The notes under the pieces were generated by a model that ran no database searches, was not told the DNA's origin, and saw only the letters and a program-made list of their open reading frames with translations. From assembly GCA_039809905.1 (NCBI GenBank), contig JBDHVY010000001.1, forward strand, positions 1,110,001 to 1,142,000: DNA of 32,000 nt. The letters are read 5' to 3'. This DNA is from Candidatus Babelota bacterium. Lineage in GTDB: Bacteria; Babelota; Babeliae; Babelales; Vermiphilaceae. The position numbers and the translations under genes were made by a program. Shown one piece after another: positions 10,469 to 19,017 of the stretch; positions within the stretch are counted from its first letter, which is position 1; the number at the start of each line of letters is the position of its first letter.

Positions 10469-10528
10469 CAATTTTTATAAATAGGGTATCCTATCTATAA
10501 TATACAATATTGTCACAAAGGAGGACAT

Positions 10529-10873
10529 ATGGAAAAGAAAGCACTTATTTTAAGCCTGTTATCCTTATTTTCTATAGCTACGTCTGTTACTTGTTTTGGC
10601 AGAGTAGATCATGACCGAGCCAATCGTCAGCAAGCTAATCATCAGCCCAATAATGATCTTAGTGTTCTTGCTATTGGTTGTACTTTTTGTGCTGCTATGG
10701 CTGGTGGATTATATCTAATAGCACCAAAAATTAATTCTCAGGAAGAAAAGCCCTCAGATAATGAAGAAAACAATCAAAAAATTGATGCAAAAGAGCTCTC
10801 GACAACAGCTTTTGCCCTCTGTATGACCGTAGTCGCTTGTATTTATGATGATGAAGTAAAAAATGGGCATTAA
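10529..10873 (+). CDS. Hypothetical small secreted/membrane protein
   Basis: Preceded by AGGAGG-like ribosome site (aaaggaggacatatg). N-terminal signal and a second hydrophobic segment. Confidence 0.65.
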   Translation: MEKKALILSLLSLFSIATSVTCFGRVDHDRANRQQANHQPNNDLSVLAIGCTFCAAMAGGLYLIAPKINSQEEKPSDNEENNQKIDAKELSTTAFALCMTVVACIYDDEVKNGH

Positions 10874-10911
10874 TTTTGTTTTGTGTAAATACTCATGTTT
10901 TTAGGTAAGAT

Positions 10912-11955
10912 ATGAATAAGCAATATCAAGCATTTGCTTTGCTCCTGGTTTTTTTAGTTAGCAATAGCGAATGTTCTACTTTTCAAAAAGCACAGGATCA
11001 GGCAATAACATACGCATTTAATACAGCTGTATTAAGTGGAATTATCTATCTGGGTGGAAAAGTAATAGCGCAGCATGAAGTAAAGACTTTGCCAGATGCC
11101 TCACCGCATGTTCAACAATGGGCACGAAAAATTTTTGCAGAAAAAGGGCTAAAAGATGCTGCCTTGGTTCCATTAAAAGTGGGTGATCAGTGGGCAGTCG
11201 GTGGTGGTTCTTTTATTCAAATTGGGTTTAAAGATGAACAGGGGTTGAATACGGTTCTATCAGGAAAATCAAAATTATCTGAAGCAGAACAAAAAAATCT
11301 CCTTGCTGAAAAAGAATATGAAATTCTTCATGAATTAAATCATTATCAAAATGGTGATTTTGGTAAAATATGTTTGGTAACAGGGGCTGTAAGTTCTCTG
11401 GTATTTCCAGTCATAAGAGGAAAAAATGTTGCATTTGGTATGCCTTCTCTCAGTACAGAAACGCTAAAATCAGTTGGGGCTGCTGGCGTTAGTCTATACT
11501 TTACTCCTTATATTAGTATTCCTTATCGAAGATATCAAGAAACAGAAGCAGATCACTATGCTTTTATGGATATATCTTCTTTTAAAAATATTAAAATAGT
11601 CAAAGCTAATCTACAATCTAAAGCAGATATTTGTGAGAAAGTGTTTTTGGATGATAGCATGAACACCCAATTGAATGATCATAGAGGTTTTTGCGGAAAA
11701 CAACTTAATCCTGCTATATTAAAATCACTGCAGGGCATTGAAAAAGACATGGCAGAGACTGATAATGATGCGGATAAACTGTTAGAATTACGCGGTAAAA
11801 AAAGAAGATTAATAGAGTTATCCCATTTATTGTTAGATCCGGACCATCCTAGTTTTCAAACGCGTGCTGAGCTTGCGCAAGAGTGCTATGATAAAAGGAA
11901 AGCACAGCATAAAGAACGCTTTAAGCGGACTCTTAACGTTCTTTTAAGCAAGTAA
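10912..11955 (+). CDS. M48-like zinc metallopeptidase, secreted or membrane
   Basis: Signal-like N-terminus. HExxH in YEILHELNHYQNGDFG and a downstream ETEADHYAF motif typical of the third zinc ligand region. Confidence 0.82.
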   Translation: MNKQYQAFALLLVFLVSNSECSTFQKAQDQAITYAFNTAVLSGIIYLGGKVIAQHEVKTLPDASPHVQQWARKIFAEKGLKDAALVPLKVGDQWAVGGGSFIQIGFKDEQGLNTVLSGKSKLSEAEQKNLLAEKEYEILHELNHYQNGDFGKICLVTGAVSSLVFPVIRGKNVAFGMPSLSTETLKSVGAAGVSLYFTPYISIPYRRYQETEADHYAFMDISSFKNIKIVKANLQSKADICEKVFLDDSMNTQLNDHRGFCGKQLNPAILKSLQGIEKDMAETDNDADKLLELRGKKRRLIELSHLLLDPDHPSFQTRAELAQECYDKRKAQHKERFKRTLNVLLSK

Positions 11956-11969
11956 GATCTAACTTCATT

Positions 11970-11998
11970 TTGCGTTATTTAAAGAAATCACGTATAAT
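11970..11998 (+). promoter_or_regulatory. Candidate sigma70-type promoter for rpmF-plsX
   Basis: TTGCGT, 17-bp spacer, TATAAT, about 64 nt upstream of the rpmF start. Confidence 0.55.
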
Positions 11999-12061
11999 AG
12001 ACCTATATATTTACCATAAATAAAGAATTTACTTATATTTTTAGTTTTTTAGGATGTTGTC

Positions 12062-12319
12062 ATGCCAGTACCGAAACGGAAACGCTCCAGAGCTCGTCGT
12101 GATTCTCGCTTTGCAAATAAGGGTATTAAAGTAAAAGCAATCTCTGGTTGCCTTAATTGCAAAGATCCAATTACTCCTCATACAGCTTGTAAAAACTGTG
12201 GTTTTTACAAAGGTGTTAAAGTGTTAGTAACAAAAGCTGAGAGAAAAGTTAAGCGTCTTGCAGTAAAGGCTCTCAAAAAGCCAGCAAAGCAAGCATCTGC
12301 TGCGTCACAATCTGAGTAA
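12062..12319 (+). CDS. rpmF: 50S ribosomal protein L32, zinc-binding type, with basic C-terminal extension
   Basis: MPVPKRKRSRARRDSRFANKG and two CxxC motifs (CLNCKDPITPHTACKNC); followed by plsX. Confidence 0.94.
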   Translation: MPVPKRKRSRARRDSRFANKGIKVKAISGCLNCKDPITPHTACKNCGFYKGVKVLVTKAERKVKRLAVKALKKPAKQASAASQSE

Positions 12320-12351
12320 TTATAATAATTTTTCCTAAAGAGGGATTTTCT

Positions 12352-13410
12352 ATGGCGATTGCCGTTGATGTTATGGGGGGCGATTATGCTCCGCAAGAAG
12401 CTGTTCAAGGCGCATTGGCTGCAGCAAAGAAAGGAATCCCTCTTATTCTTTTTGGTAATCAAGATAAAGTAATGCCATTGTTATCGCATTATTGTCCTCG
12501 TTGGCGCTCTCTTCCTATAGAACTTGTCCATTGCGGTGATGTTATTGGTATGGATGAAGATCCACTCAAAGGCATGCTTCGTAAAAAAGATTCCTCTATC
12601 GTTCGTGCATTGCAAGCAGTTAATGCTGGTAAAGCCCAGGCTTTTGTTTCAGCAGGAAATTCAGGAGCGGTTGTTGCAGCTGCAAGCATCATTATAGGAA
12701 GAGTTCCGGGTGTTTTGCGGCCTGCTATCGGCACTTTTTTACCAACTAATCAAGGATCTCTTTTTTGTCTTGATTTAGGGGCAAACCCTGATTGCAAACC
12801 TGAATATCTGGTGCAATTTGCGCATATGGGTTATGCATATACTCGTCTGGTGAAACATATTGCTCAACCACGTGTTGCACTGCTTTCTAATGGGCATGAA
12901 TCATACAAAGGTTCACTGTTAGTTAAAAAAGCTTTTGAGTTGATATCGCAAACTGATATTGAGTTTGTAGGTAATATTGAATCGCGAGATATTTTTTCTG
13001 GACGTGCCGATGTTATCGTAACTGATGGGTTTACCGGAAATATATTGCTGAAAAATATCCAAGGAACAGCAAAAGCGGTTATGGATTGGATGAAAGATGA
13101 AGCATCCCGTTCATTCTTACTTAAAGCATTGCTTGGTTTGACTTATCCTTTGCTCAGCCGCATAAAAAATAAAATTGATTACGCTCGCACGGGCGGTGCA
13201 TTATTGCTTGGTGTAAAAGCACCCATAATCATTGCGCATGGATCATCAAAAGAACCAGCAATTACTCAAGCAATTTTTTTCGCACAAAAAAACGTAGATG
13301 AAAAAATTATTCCCACTTTTAACGAAACGTTGCAACTGCTTTTGGAAAAAAGTGCTGTTACCGTTAAGGCGGCACGACAATCTTCAGTTGTGCGTCAAGC
13401 GCAATTGTGA
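12352..13410 (+). CDS. plsX: Phosphate acyltransferase PlsX
   Basis: MAIAVDVMGGDYAPQ, SAGNSGAVVAAA, LDLGANPDCKPEYLVQFA, VTDGFTGNILLK. Confidence 0.96.
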   Translation: MAIAVDVMGGDYAPQEAVQGALAAAKKGIPLILFGNQDKVMPLLSHYCPRWRSLPIELVHCGDVIGMDEDPLKGMLRKKDSSIVRALQAVNAGKAQAFVSAGNSGAVVAAASIIIGRVPGVLRPAIGTFLPTNQGSLFCLDLGANPDCKPEYLVQFAHMGYAYTRLVKHIAQPRVALLSNGHESYKGSLLVKKAFELISQTDIEFVGNIESRDIFSGRADVIVTDGFTGNILLKNIQGTAKAVMDWMKDEASRSFLLKALLGLTYPLLSRIKNKIDYARTGGALLLGVKAPIIIAHGSSKEPAITQAIFFAQKNVDEKIIPTFNETLQLLLEKSAVTVKAARQSSVVRQAQL

Positions 13411-13464
13411 TATTTTTTGTTCATATCGCTGGAAATATAGTTAATAAAAAAAATTTATGGAGTT

Positions 13465-14151
13465 GTGATTATGGCTATGCAAAAAGTAAAAACAAATTCA
13501 ATATTTGGAACTATCTTCAATACGTTAAGAGCGCAAAGTAAACCCTTGAGTATTGTTTTGCTCTGTTTAGCAGGGCTTTTTATTTTGTCATGTGCTTATT
13601 CATTTTGGTCAGCACAAAAAGATCGTGCGGCTCAGTATGATTTTAGCGTGCTTATGACAGAGTATGAAACAATATCTCAAGATAAAAATCCAGCGTGGTC
13701 TACATTATTAGAAAAATTTGAAAAGAATTATCAGAAGCATGCAGGTTCTTCATTATTACCATATTATTTGAATTATAAAGTACGTATTTTACTACACCAA
13801 GATAAAAGAGACGAAGCTCTTGAGGTATTAAATACTATAATTGCAAGTAAGTCAGGATCACCTATGCTTTCTCTTTACCATATTGAACGAGCGTTGATTC
13901 AACTGGATGGTAATGATGATGAACAAAGAAAATTAGGACTTAATGCATTGCAAATTTTAGCGCAAGATAAATCTAATCAATATCGTGATAGTGCTCAATT
14001 TTATTTAGGTCGTTATTATTGGGCGATGAATGATATTGATGGAGCTCGTCAAGTTTGGCAACAGCTTGTCGATGACCAGCGTGATGAAAAAATGTCACCA
14101 TCTCCATGGGTATCTTATGTGCAAGATAAACTTAACATCACGATTGTTTAA
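13465..14151 (+). CDS. Tetratricopeptide-like membrane-anchored protein (YfgM-like architecture)
   Basis: Single N-terminal TM segment followed by helical repeats such as YYLNYKVRILLHQDKRDEALEVLNTI and SAQFYLGRYYWAMNDIDGARQVWQQLV. Confidence 0.7.
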   Translation: MIMAMQKVKTNSIFGTIFNTLRAQSKPLSIVLLCLAGLFILSCAYSFWSAQKDRAAQYDFSVLMTEYETISQDKNPAWSTLLEKFEKNYQKHAGSSLLPYYLNYKVRILLHQDKRDEALEVLNTIIASKSGSPMLSLYHIERALIQLDGNDDEQRKLGLNALQILAQDKSNQYRDSAQFYLGRYYWAMNDIDGARQVWQQLVDDQRDEKMSPSPWVSYVQDKLNITIV

Positions 14152-14174
14152 AGTTAGTTAGGGATTTAGCAGTT

Positions 14175-15593
14175 ATGGATAAAAAAGTACGTGTTCGTTT
14201 TGCTCCATCACCAACAGGGCATTTGCATATTGGTGGCTTAAGAACAGCGTTATTTAATTGGCTTTTTGCGCGTCATCATGGTGGCGCGTTTTTACTTCGT
14301 ATAGAAGATACTGACGTTGAGCGATCAACACAGGAATATCGTGATTCAATTTTGCATTCATTTGCATGGACTCAATTGGAACATGATGAAGAAATTGTAA
14401 CCCAAAGTGAGCGTATTGCTGAGCATCAAAAAGTTGCAGAGCAACTCATTAAGCAAGGTAAAGCGTATCGCTGTTTTTGTTCACCAGAAGAAGTTGTAGC
14501 GCGTTATGGTAAAGCAACTGATGGTGATGCATTTGTGATGTATGATGGGTATTGCAGGAATCGAACAACGCAAGAAAGTGATAATTCAAGAGCATGTGTT
14601 GTTCGCTTTAAATTACCCGAAGATCGTCAAGAAGTTGTTTTTAATGATCTGATTAAAGGGCCCATTAGCTTCAATTTAGATCAATTTGATGATTTTATTA
14701 TTCTGCGATCTGGCGGATTTCCTATGTATAACTTTGTTGTGGTTGTTGATGATGCCTTTATGAAGATTACCCATATTATCCGAGGTGAAGAGCATATTGT
14801 TAACACACCAAAACAAATTTTGCTTTACCAAGCATGTGGATATGATGTCCCACAGTTTGCTCATTTGCCACTCATTTTAGGACCAAGTGGCGATAAACTG
14901 AGCAAGCGTGATGGTGCAACATCCGTAATTGAATATCGTAAGTCAGGATATATTCCCCATGCATTACTCAATTATTTGGCTCGGCTTGGTTGGTCGCATG
15001 GAGATCAAGAAATATTTTCGTTATCGGAACTTATTCAGCATTTTTCTTTGGATCACATTGGTACAAAAGGTGCCATTTTTGATTTTGAAAAACTTGCATG
15101 GGTAAATAGCGTATATCTGAAAGCAATGACACAAGAAGCGATTCTTGATGCAATTATTGCTGATGTTACTCCGAACTTTTTAACTGATCAGTGTGTTACT
15201 AGAACAGCTGAGGAAGTAAAACAAGTTATCGGGTTATACAAAGAACGAGTAAAAACATTACAGCACATGGTTGAAGAAATTGATCTGGTATTTAATGGCC
15301 CACGTGAACACAATAATGATGATATGCAAAAATGGATTTCAGCTGATTCTCGTCAACATCTGACTGCTATTATAGCAGCTCTGGAAACACAAAATGTTTT
15401 TACGCATGATAATTGTGCAGAAATTGCAAAAGAGCTTGCAACGCAGCTTGGTATTAAGTTAGTAACATTATTACAACCTATTCGTCTTGCCTTGCTTGGT
15501 AAAGCATCCGGTCCGGGAGTATTTGATTTACTTGCGGTAATTGGAAAAGAAGAAAGTATTGAGCGGCTTAGGATGTTTTGCGAGCTGCTTTAA
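14175..15593 (+). CDS. gltX: Glutamyl-tRNA synthetase
   Basis: Class I signature RFAPSPTGHLHIGGLRTALFNWLFARHHGG and KLSKRDG (KMSKS-like), plus FIILRSGGFPMYNFVVVVDD. Confidence 0.96.
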   Translation: MDKKVRVRFAPSPTGHLHIGGLRTALFNWLFARHHGGAFLLRIEDTDVERSTQEYRDSILHSFAWTQLEHDEEIVTQSERIAEHQKVAEQLIKQGKAYRCFCSPEEVVARYGKATDGDAFVMYDGYCRNRTTQESDNSRACVVRFKLPEDRQEVVFNDLIKGPISFNLDQFDDFIILRSGGFPMYNFVVVVDDAFMKITHIIRGEEHIVNTPKQILLYQACGYDVPQFAHLPLILGPSGDKLSKRDGATSVIEYRKSGYIPHALLNYLARLGWSHGDQEIFSLSELIQHFSLDHIGTKGAIFDFEKLAWVNSVYLKAMTQEAILDAIIADVTPNFLTDQCVTRTAEEVKQVIGLYKERVKTLQHMVEEIDLVFNGPREHNNDDMQKWISADSRQHLTAIIAALETQNVFTHDNCAEIAKELATQLGIKLVTLLQPIRLALLGKASGPGVFDLLAVIGKEESIERLRMFCELL

Positions 15594-15700
15594 TTTGAAA
15601 ATATAATTTTTTGTAAACAGTTGCTGGTGATAATTCATTCAGTGATGGCTTTAGATATGTTTTAATGAACGTGCCTGTTTAATACAAATAGTTCCTTATT

Positions 15701-15738
15701 CGCGCTCATCCTGAACTTGTTGAAGGATTAAGCGCGCT
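15701..15738. repeat. REP-like imperfect palindrome, left copy
   Basis: CGCGCTCATCCTGAACTTGTTGAAGGATTAAGCGCGCT. Near-exact reverse complement of the copy at about 16050-16087. Confidence 0.85.
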
Positions 15739-15756
15739 TTAATCAGAGAGTCTAAA

Positions 15757-16101
15757 ATGCAAAATCATTTTTACGTATATATTTTAAAATGTAAGAATGG
15801 AGCTTATTATGTCGGTCATACAGATAATATAGATCAGCGAATGTCACAGCATCATTTGGGCCTGATTGACAATTGTTATACGAAAAAAATGAGGCCTGTA
15901 GAGTTGTTATTTCTACAGGTCTTTTCTACTCGAGATGATGCTTTTCATGCTGAACGTCAAATTAAAGGTTGGTCGCGTAAAAAAAAAGAAGCTTTAATGC
16001 GAGAAGATTGGCAAGAGATAAAGGAGTTAAATGCATTGCAAAAGACGAAGAGCGCTTTAATCCTTCAACAAGTTCAGGATGAGCGCGGCGAAGACTCATA
16101 A
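15757..16101 (+). CDS. GIY-YIG nuclease domain protein
   Basis: FYVYILKCKNGAYYVGHTDNIDQRMSQHHLG, TRDDAFHAERQIKGWSRKKKEALM. The C-terminal residues ALILQQVQDERGEDS are encoded by the right-hand repeat copy and its flank. Confidence 0.9.
   Translation: MQNHFYVYILKCKNGAYYVGHTDNIDQRMSQHHLGLIDNCYTKKMRPVELLFLQVFSTRDDAFHAERQIKGWSRKKKEALMREDWQEIKELNALQKTKSALILQQVQDERGEDS
16050..16087. repeat. REP-like imperfect palindrome, right copy in inverted orientation
   Basis: AGCGCTTTAATCCTTCAACAAGTTCAGGATGAGCGCG. Shares TTAATCCTTCAACAAGTTCAGGATGAGCGCG with the reverse complement of the left copy. Confidence 0.85.
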
Positions 16102-16143
16102 GCGGATTAAAGATATAACGTCTGTTTAATAAGGAATTTATCT

Positions 16144-17067
16144 ATGAAAATAGCATTATTATTTCCTGGATATGGTAATCAATTTGTTGGTATGGGCAAA
16201 GAATTGTATGACGAATATCGCGTTGTGCAAGAATATTTTGAAGAAGCTTCTAATTGTTTGGATATTAATTTTGTAAAGTTATGTTTTGCCTCGTCTGATA
16301 TTGAATTAGGAAAAATTAATAATGCATATACATCTTTGTTTTTAGTTGGTTCTTCAGTATACGCGGTTTTAAAAGAACATGGCATAGAGCCAGATGTTGT
16401 TATGGGCTATAACAATGGAGAAAGTGCGGCATTATTTGCTGCAGGGTGTTTTAGCTTACCTGATGGCCTCTATTTATTAAATAAATTTTCTTCATTTTAT
16501 CAGGAATTTATTGATGAAAATGAAGTTGATGCAATGCAAGTAATTGACTTTTCATCAAGAGATCTTGAAGTTCTTTGTGAAAAAATAAGCACTGATGAGT
16601 ATCCTATTTCGATTGCCATTTATAATAGTCAGACAGATCATATTGTTACAGGAAATCGTATTGGTCTTGGACAATTGCAAGATGCTATTGATGGCAAAGG
16701 AAAAATTGAATTTGTTGGTCCAGAAGTAGGATTACATTCATTATTGATGAATACGATAGTAGATGTATTGAAAAGCTATCTTGAAAAAGTAGATTTTAAA
16801 GATCTTAAAATTCCACTAATTAGTTGTATTGATGGAACTATAGTAACTGAAGGATCTGATACTAAAGATCGTTTTATCCGTCATATTAATTCGCCAATTC
16901 AATTTACCAAAGCAATGGAAAAATTAGTTGATTATGATTGTATTCTTATAACAACTCCTGGTGATGCATTAGCTCAAATGGTGCAGCAACATTATCCTGA
17001 AAAAATGGTTATCTCAATTGCAAAAAAAACAGATGTTGATACATTAAAAGAGACCTTAGGTAAATAG
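16144..17067 (+). CDS. FabD-like (ACP S-malonyltransferase fold) protein with substituted active-site motif
   Basis: MKIALLFPGYGNQFVGMG, VVMGYNNGESAALFAAGCFS, ITGNRIGLGQLQDA, VGPEVGLHSLLM align with FabD landmarks, but GHSxGE reads GYNNGE. Confidence 0.82.
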   Translation: MKIALLFPGYGNQFVGMGKELYDEYRVVQEYFEEASNCLDINFVKLCFASSDIELGKINNAYTSLFLVGSSVYAVLKEHGIEPDVVMGYNNGESAALFAAGCFSLPDGLYLLNKFSSFYQEFIDENEVDAMQVIDFSSRDLEVLCEKISTDEYPISIAIYNSQTDHIVTGNRIGLGQLQDAIDGKGKIEFVGPEVGLHSLLMNTIVDVLKSYLEKVDFKDLKIPLISCIDGTIVTEGSDTKDRFIRHINSPIQFTKAMEKLVDYDCILITTPGDALAQMVQQHYPEKMVISIAKKTDVDTLKETLGK

Positions 17068-17140
17068 TATTTTCTTAATCGGGGTCCCCGCGCACAACAG
17101 AGTGGAGCGTGGGGCAGAGATGTTGATACATTAAAAGAGA
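17031..17140 (+). repeat. 87-nt-spaced direct repeat of the FabD-like gene 3' end
   Basis: Exact 23-mer agatgttgatacattaaaagaga at 17031-17053 and 17118-17140, with weaker similarity continuing on the 3' side. Confidence 0.85.
17080..17114. repeat. Hairpin element, copy 1
   Basis: CGGGGTCCCCGCGCACAACAGAGTGGAGCGTGGGG. CCCCGCGC pairs with GCGTGGGG (one G-T). Confidence 0.75.
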
Positions 17141-17182
17141 TGTTAAATAAATAATAATTATAACAAAACATGTTTTTCTCGT

Positions 17183-17202
17183 TACGAAATTTTCGTACGA
17201 AA
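17183..17202. promoter_or_regulatory. Overlapping palindromes upstream of acpP, candidate operator
   Basis: TACGAAATTTTCGTACGAAA contains perfect palindrome TTTCGTACGAAA and the overlapping TACGAA-ATT-TTCGTA. Confidence 0.35.
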
Positions 17203-17227
17203 CAACGTGTAGTATGAGGTATAATCA

Positions 17228-17476
17228 ATGGCAATTGAAATCAATGAAACGGCCAGTAAAATAACTTCTATTATCGCTGAAAAATTACATATTGATGCGG
17301 ATACAGTAAATCCCCAATCAACACTACAAGATCTTGGTGCAGATTCACTTGATATGGTTGATATTATTATGAAAATAGAAGAAGAATTTGGTATTGAAAT
17401 TAATGATGAAGATGCTGAAGGCCTTCATAATGTGCAAGATGTTATCAATTATGTACATGCATTGCGGGTGAAATAA
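17228..17476 (+). CDS. acpP: Acyl carrier protein
   Basis: Phosphopantetheine site LGADSLDMVDII; acidic small protein. Confidence 0.96.
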   Translation: MAIEINETASKITSIIAEKLHIDADTVNPQSTLQDLGADSLDMVDIIMKIEEEFGIEINDEDAEGLHNVQDVINYVHALRVK

Positions 17477-17496
17477 AATTAGATTTTAAAATGTTG

Positions 17497-17550
17497 AAAT
17501 GAGCTGATTTTATTCTATAAAGTCGAAGAATAAAATCAGCTCATTTTTTT
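17497..17550 (+). terminator. Rho-independent terminator after acpP
   Basis: AAATGAGCTGATTTTATTC / GAATAAAATCAGCTCATTT stem (19 bp), 12-nt loop, followed by more T residues. Confidence 0.88.
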
Positions 17551-17560
17551 ATGGATTATT

Positions 17561-18523
17561 ATGCTTCATTTAAATAAATGCCTTATGCTTTTTTTCTTAA
17601 CTATTTTTTCTTCTCTTTTTTCTTCTTTGAATCATTTTCCCAGAGGTAGAAACTTAGAGCTTAATATTATTTCTTGTTTAAATAGTGGAAGTGATGCAGC
17701 TCGAGCTGTAAGAGATGGCAATTATGATAGAGCCAAACAAATATTTATATTTTTTGAACCGCATTTAAGAATAGAGCTTTTAGATCATATAGAACATAGA
17801 AGAAATGCATTGATTGGTTATGATGAGCAACTCAGGAAATATGGAAAAGTTGAGTGCACTATGGATCCAAAATGTCCACCTAATTATATGCTGGATACAG
17901 ATCAAGAAGTTGAGATGCGTTTTAATGGAGTTGCAGATGGTGCAAAAACGGTGAAATTCGATAAGATGGTAGATATGAAAGAGTATCTAATACCTTATTC
18001 TTTAACTTTATCTGAACAACCGTTCAATACATTTGCTATAGAGATTCCTTATGATCCTGATAATAGCACAATAGAGATTCCTGTCGAGCTTAAAGAAATT
18101 GATTTTGCTCAAAAACAGAGCTATTTGAGCTATTATTATCCGGATGCAAAATCTAAGACGAAAGTATACAGAGGTACATTCTGCAAAAATGATGACATCA
18201 GGAGAAAAGAGCACAATTTTGAGACAATATCAATTCGAGAATTAGTTAAAAATAATAATATGCAAAAGAATGAATATCTCTTTCTAAGCTTAAAGCGTCT
18301 TTCTTCTCTTTCAGATTCTCTTTTTGATCGATTTCCAGATTCGATATATTTAAAAATAAAGTTGGATGTGTCACAAAAAAATAATCTTGTATCAGATAAA
18401 GAAGTAATGCGTAAAGCTTCAATTTATGGATATATTGTAGGCAATAAATTTTATTTCTGTGCATTAACAAGTATGTGTTCTTTGCTTGTATGGTGGTGCT
18501 ATTCGAACTTCAGAAAAGCATAG
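17561..18523 (+). CDS. Hypothetical secreted protein with C-terminal TM segment
   Basis: N-terminal CLMLFFLTIFSSLFSS; C-terminal FYFCALTSMCSLLVWWCYSNFRKA. Confidence 0.65.
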   Translation: MLHLNKCLMLFFLTIFSSLFSSLNHFPRGRNLELNIISCLNSGSDAARAVRDGNYDRAKQIFIFFEPHLRIELLDHIEHRRNALIGYDEQLRKYGKVECTMDPKCPPNYMLDTDQEVEMRFNGVADGAKTVKFDKMVDMKEYLIPYSLTLSEQPFNTFAIEIPYDPDNSTIEIPVELKEIDFAQKQSYLSYYYPDAKSKTKVYRGTFCKNDDIRRKEHNFETISIRELVKNNNMQKNEYLFLSLKRLSSLSDSLFDRFPDSIYLKIKLDVSQKNNLVSDKEVMRKASIYGYIVGNKFYFCALTSMCSLLVWWCYSNFRKA

Positions 18524-18529
18524 TGATAA

Positions 18530-18997
18530 TTAAAATGATATGCCACTCTTTAACCATACACTTGCCTGTCCCATAGTGGTATTTGTTGGTTGATAGGTGT
18601 TACGAGTATTAATACCTTCAAATTCAATTTCAGCACCAATTCCTAAATATGGTACTCGTTGACCTTCCCTGAGATGTGTCCATGCATGAGAAAGATGCCA
18701 AAATAATTTTTGTGTTAAAATAAGCGGCGATGCAGCAGATTTTACGTTAAGATCTTGCGTGGTGATAAACACAGGAAATAAACCATCAGATACAATAGGG
18801 CCTGTTTCATAAATTGTAGCAAGGCTTTCTGTAGTATTATTAGGTTGTCCGGTGATTGGATTTGCTGCAAATTGTATGCCTTTTAAGCCATATTTATTTG
18901 CGGGAATTGTTTCACGTAAACATATTTTTTCTCTACTTCTAATCCATCCATTATAACCAATATCAAAAACAAAATCGTTATACATGTATGCAAACAT
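18530..18997 (-). pseudogene. Truncated C-terminal copy of the neighbouring putative outer-membrane protein gene
   Basis: Near-identical (few substitutions over about 155 aa) to the C-terminus of the ORF ending at 20024. Lacks the conserved N-terminal region and the signal peptide. Confidence 0.8.
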
Positions 18998-19017
18998 GCT
19001 ATTATAGGATGACTGTT

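Noticed and set aside
10465-10501. TTGACA and TATAAT upstream of the gene at 10529
   Set aside because: The spacing is about 25 bp, too long for a standard sigma70 promoter; only the TATAAT half could be real.
17220-17225. TATAAT directly before acpP
   Set aside because: Only a few nt from the start codon, so it cannot be a -10 box for this mRNA; it overlaps the ribosome-binding region.
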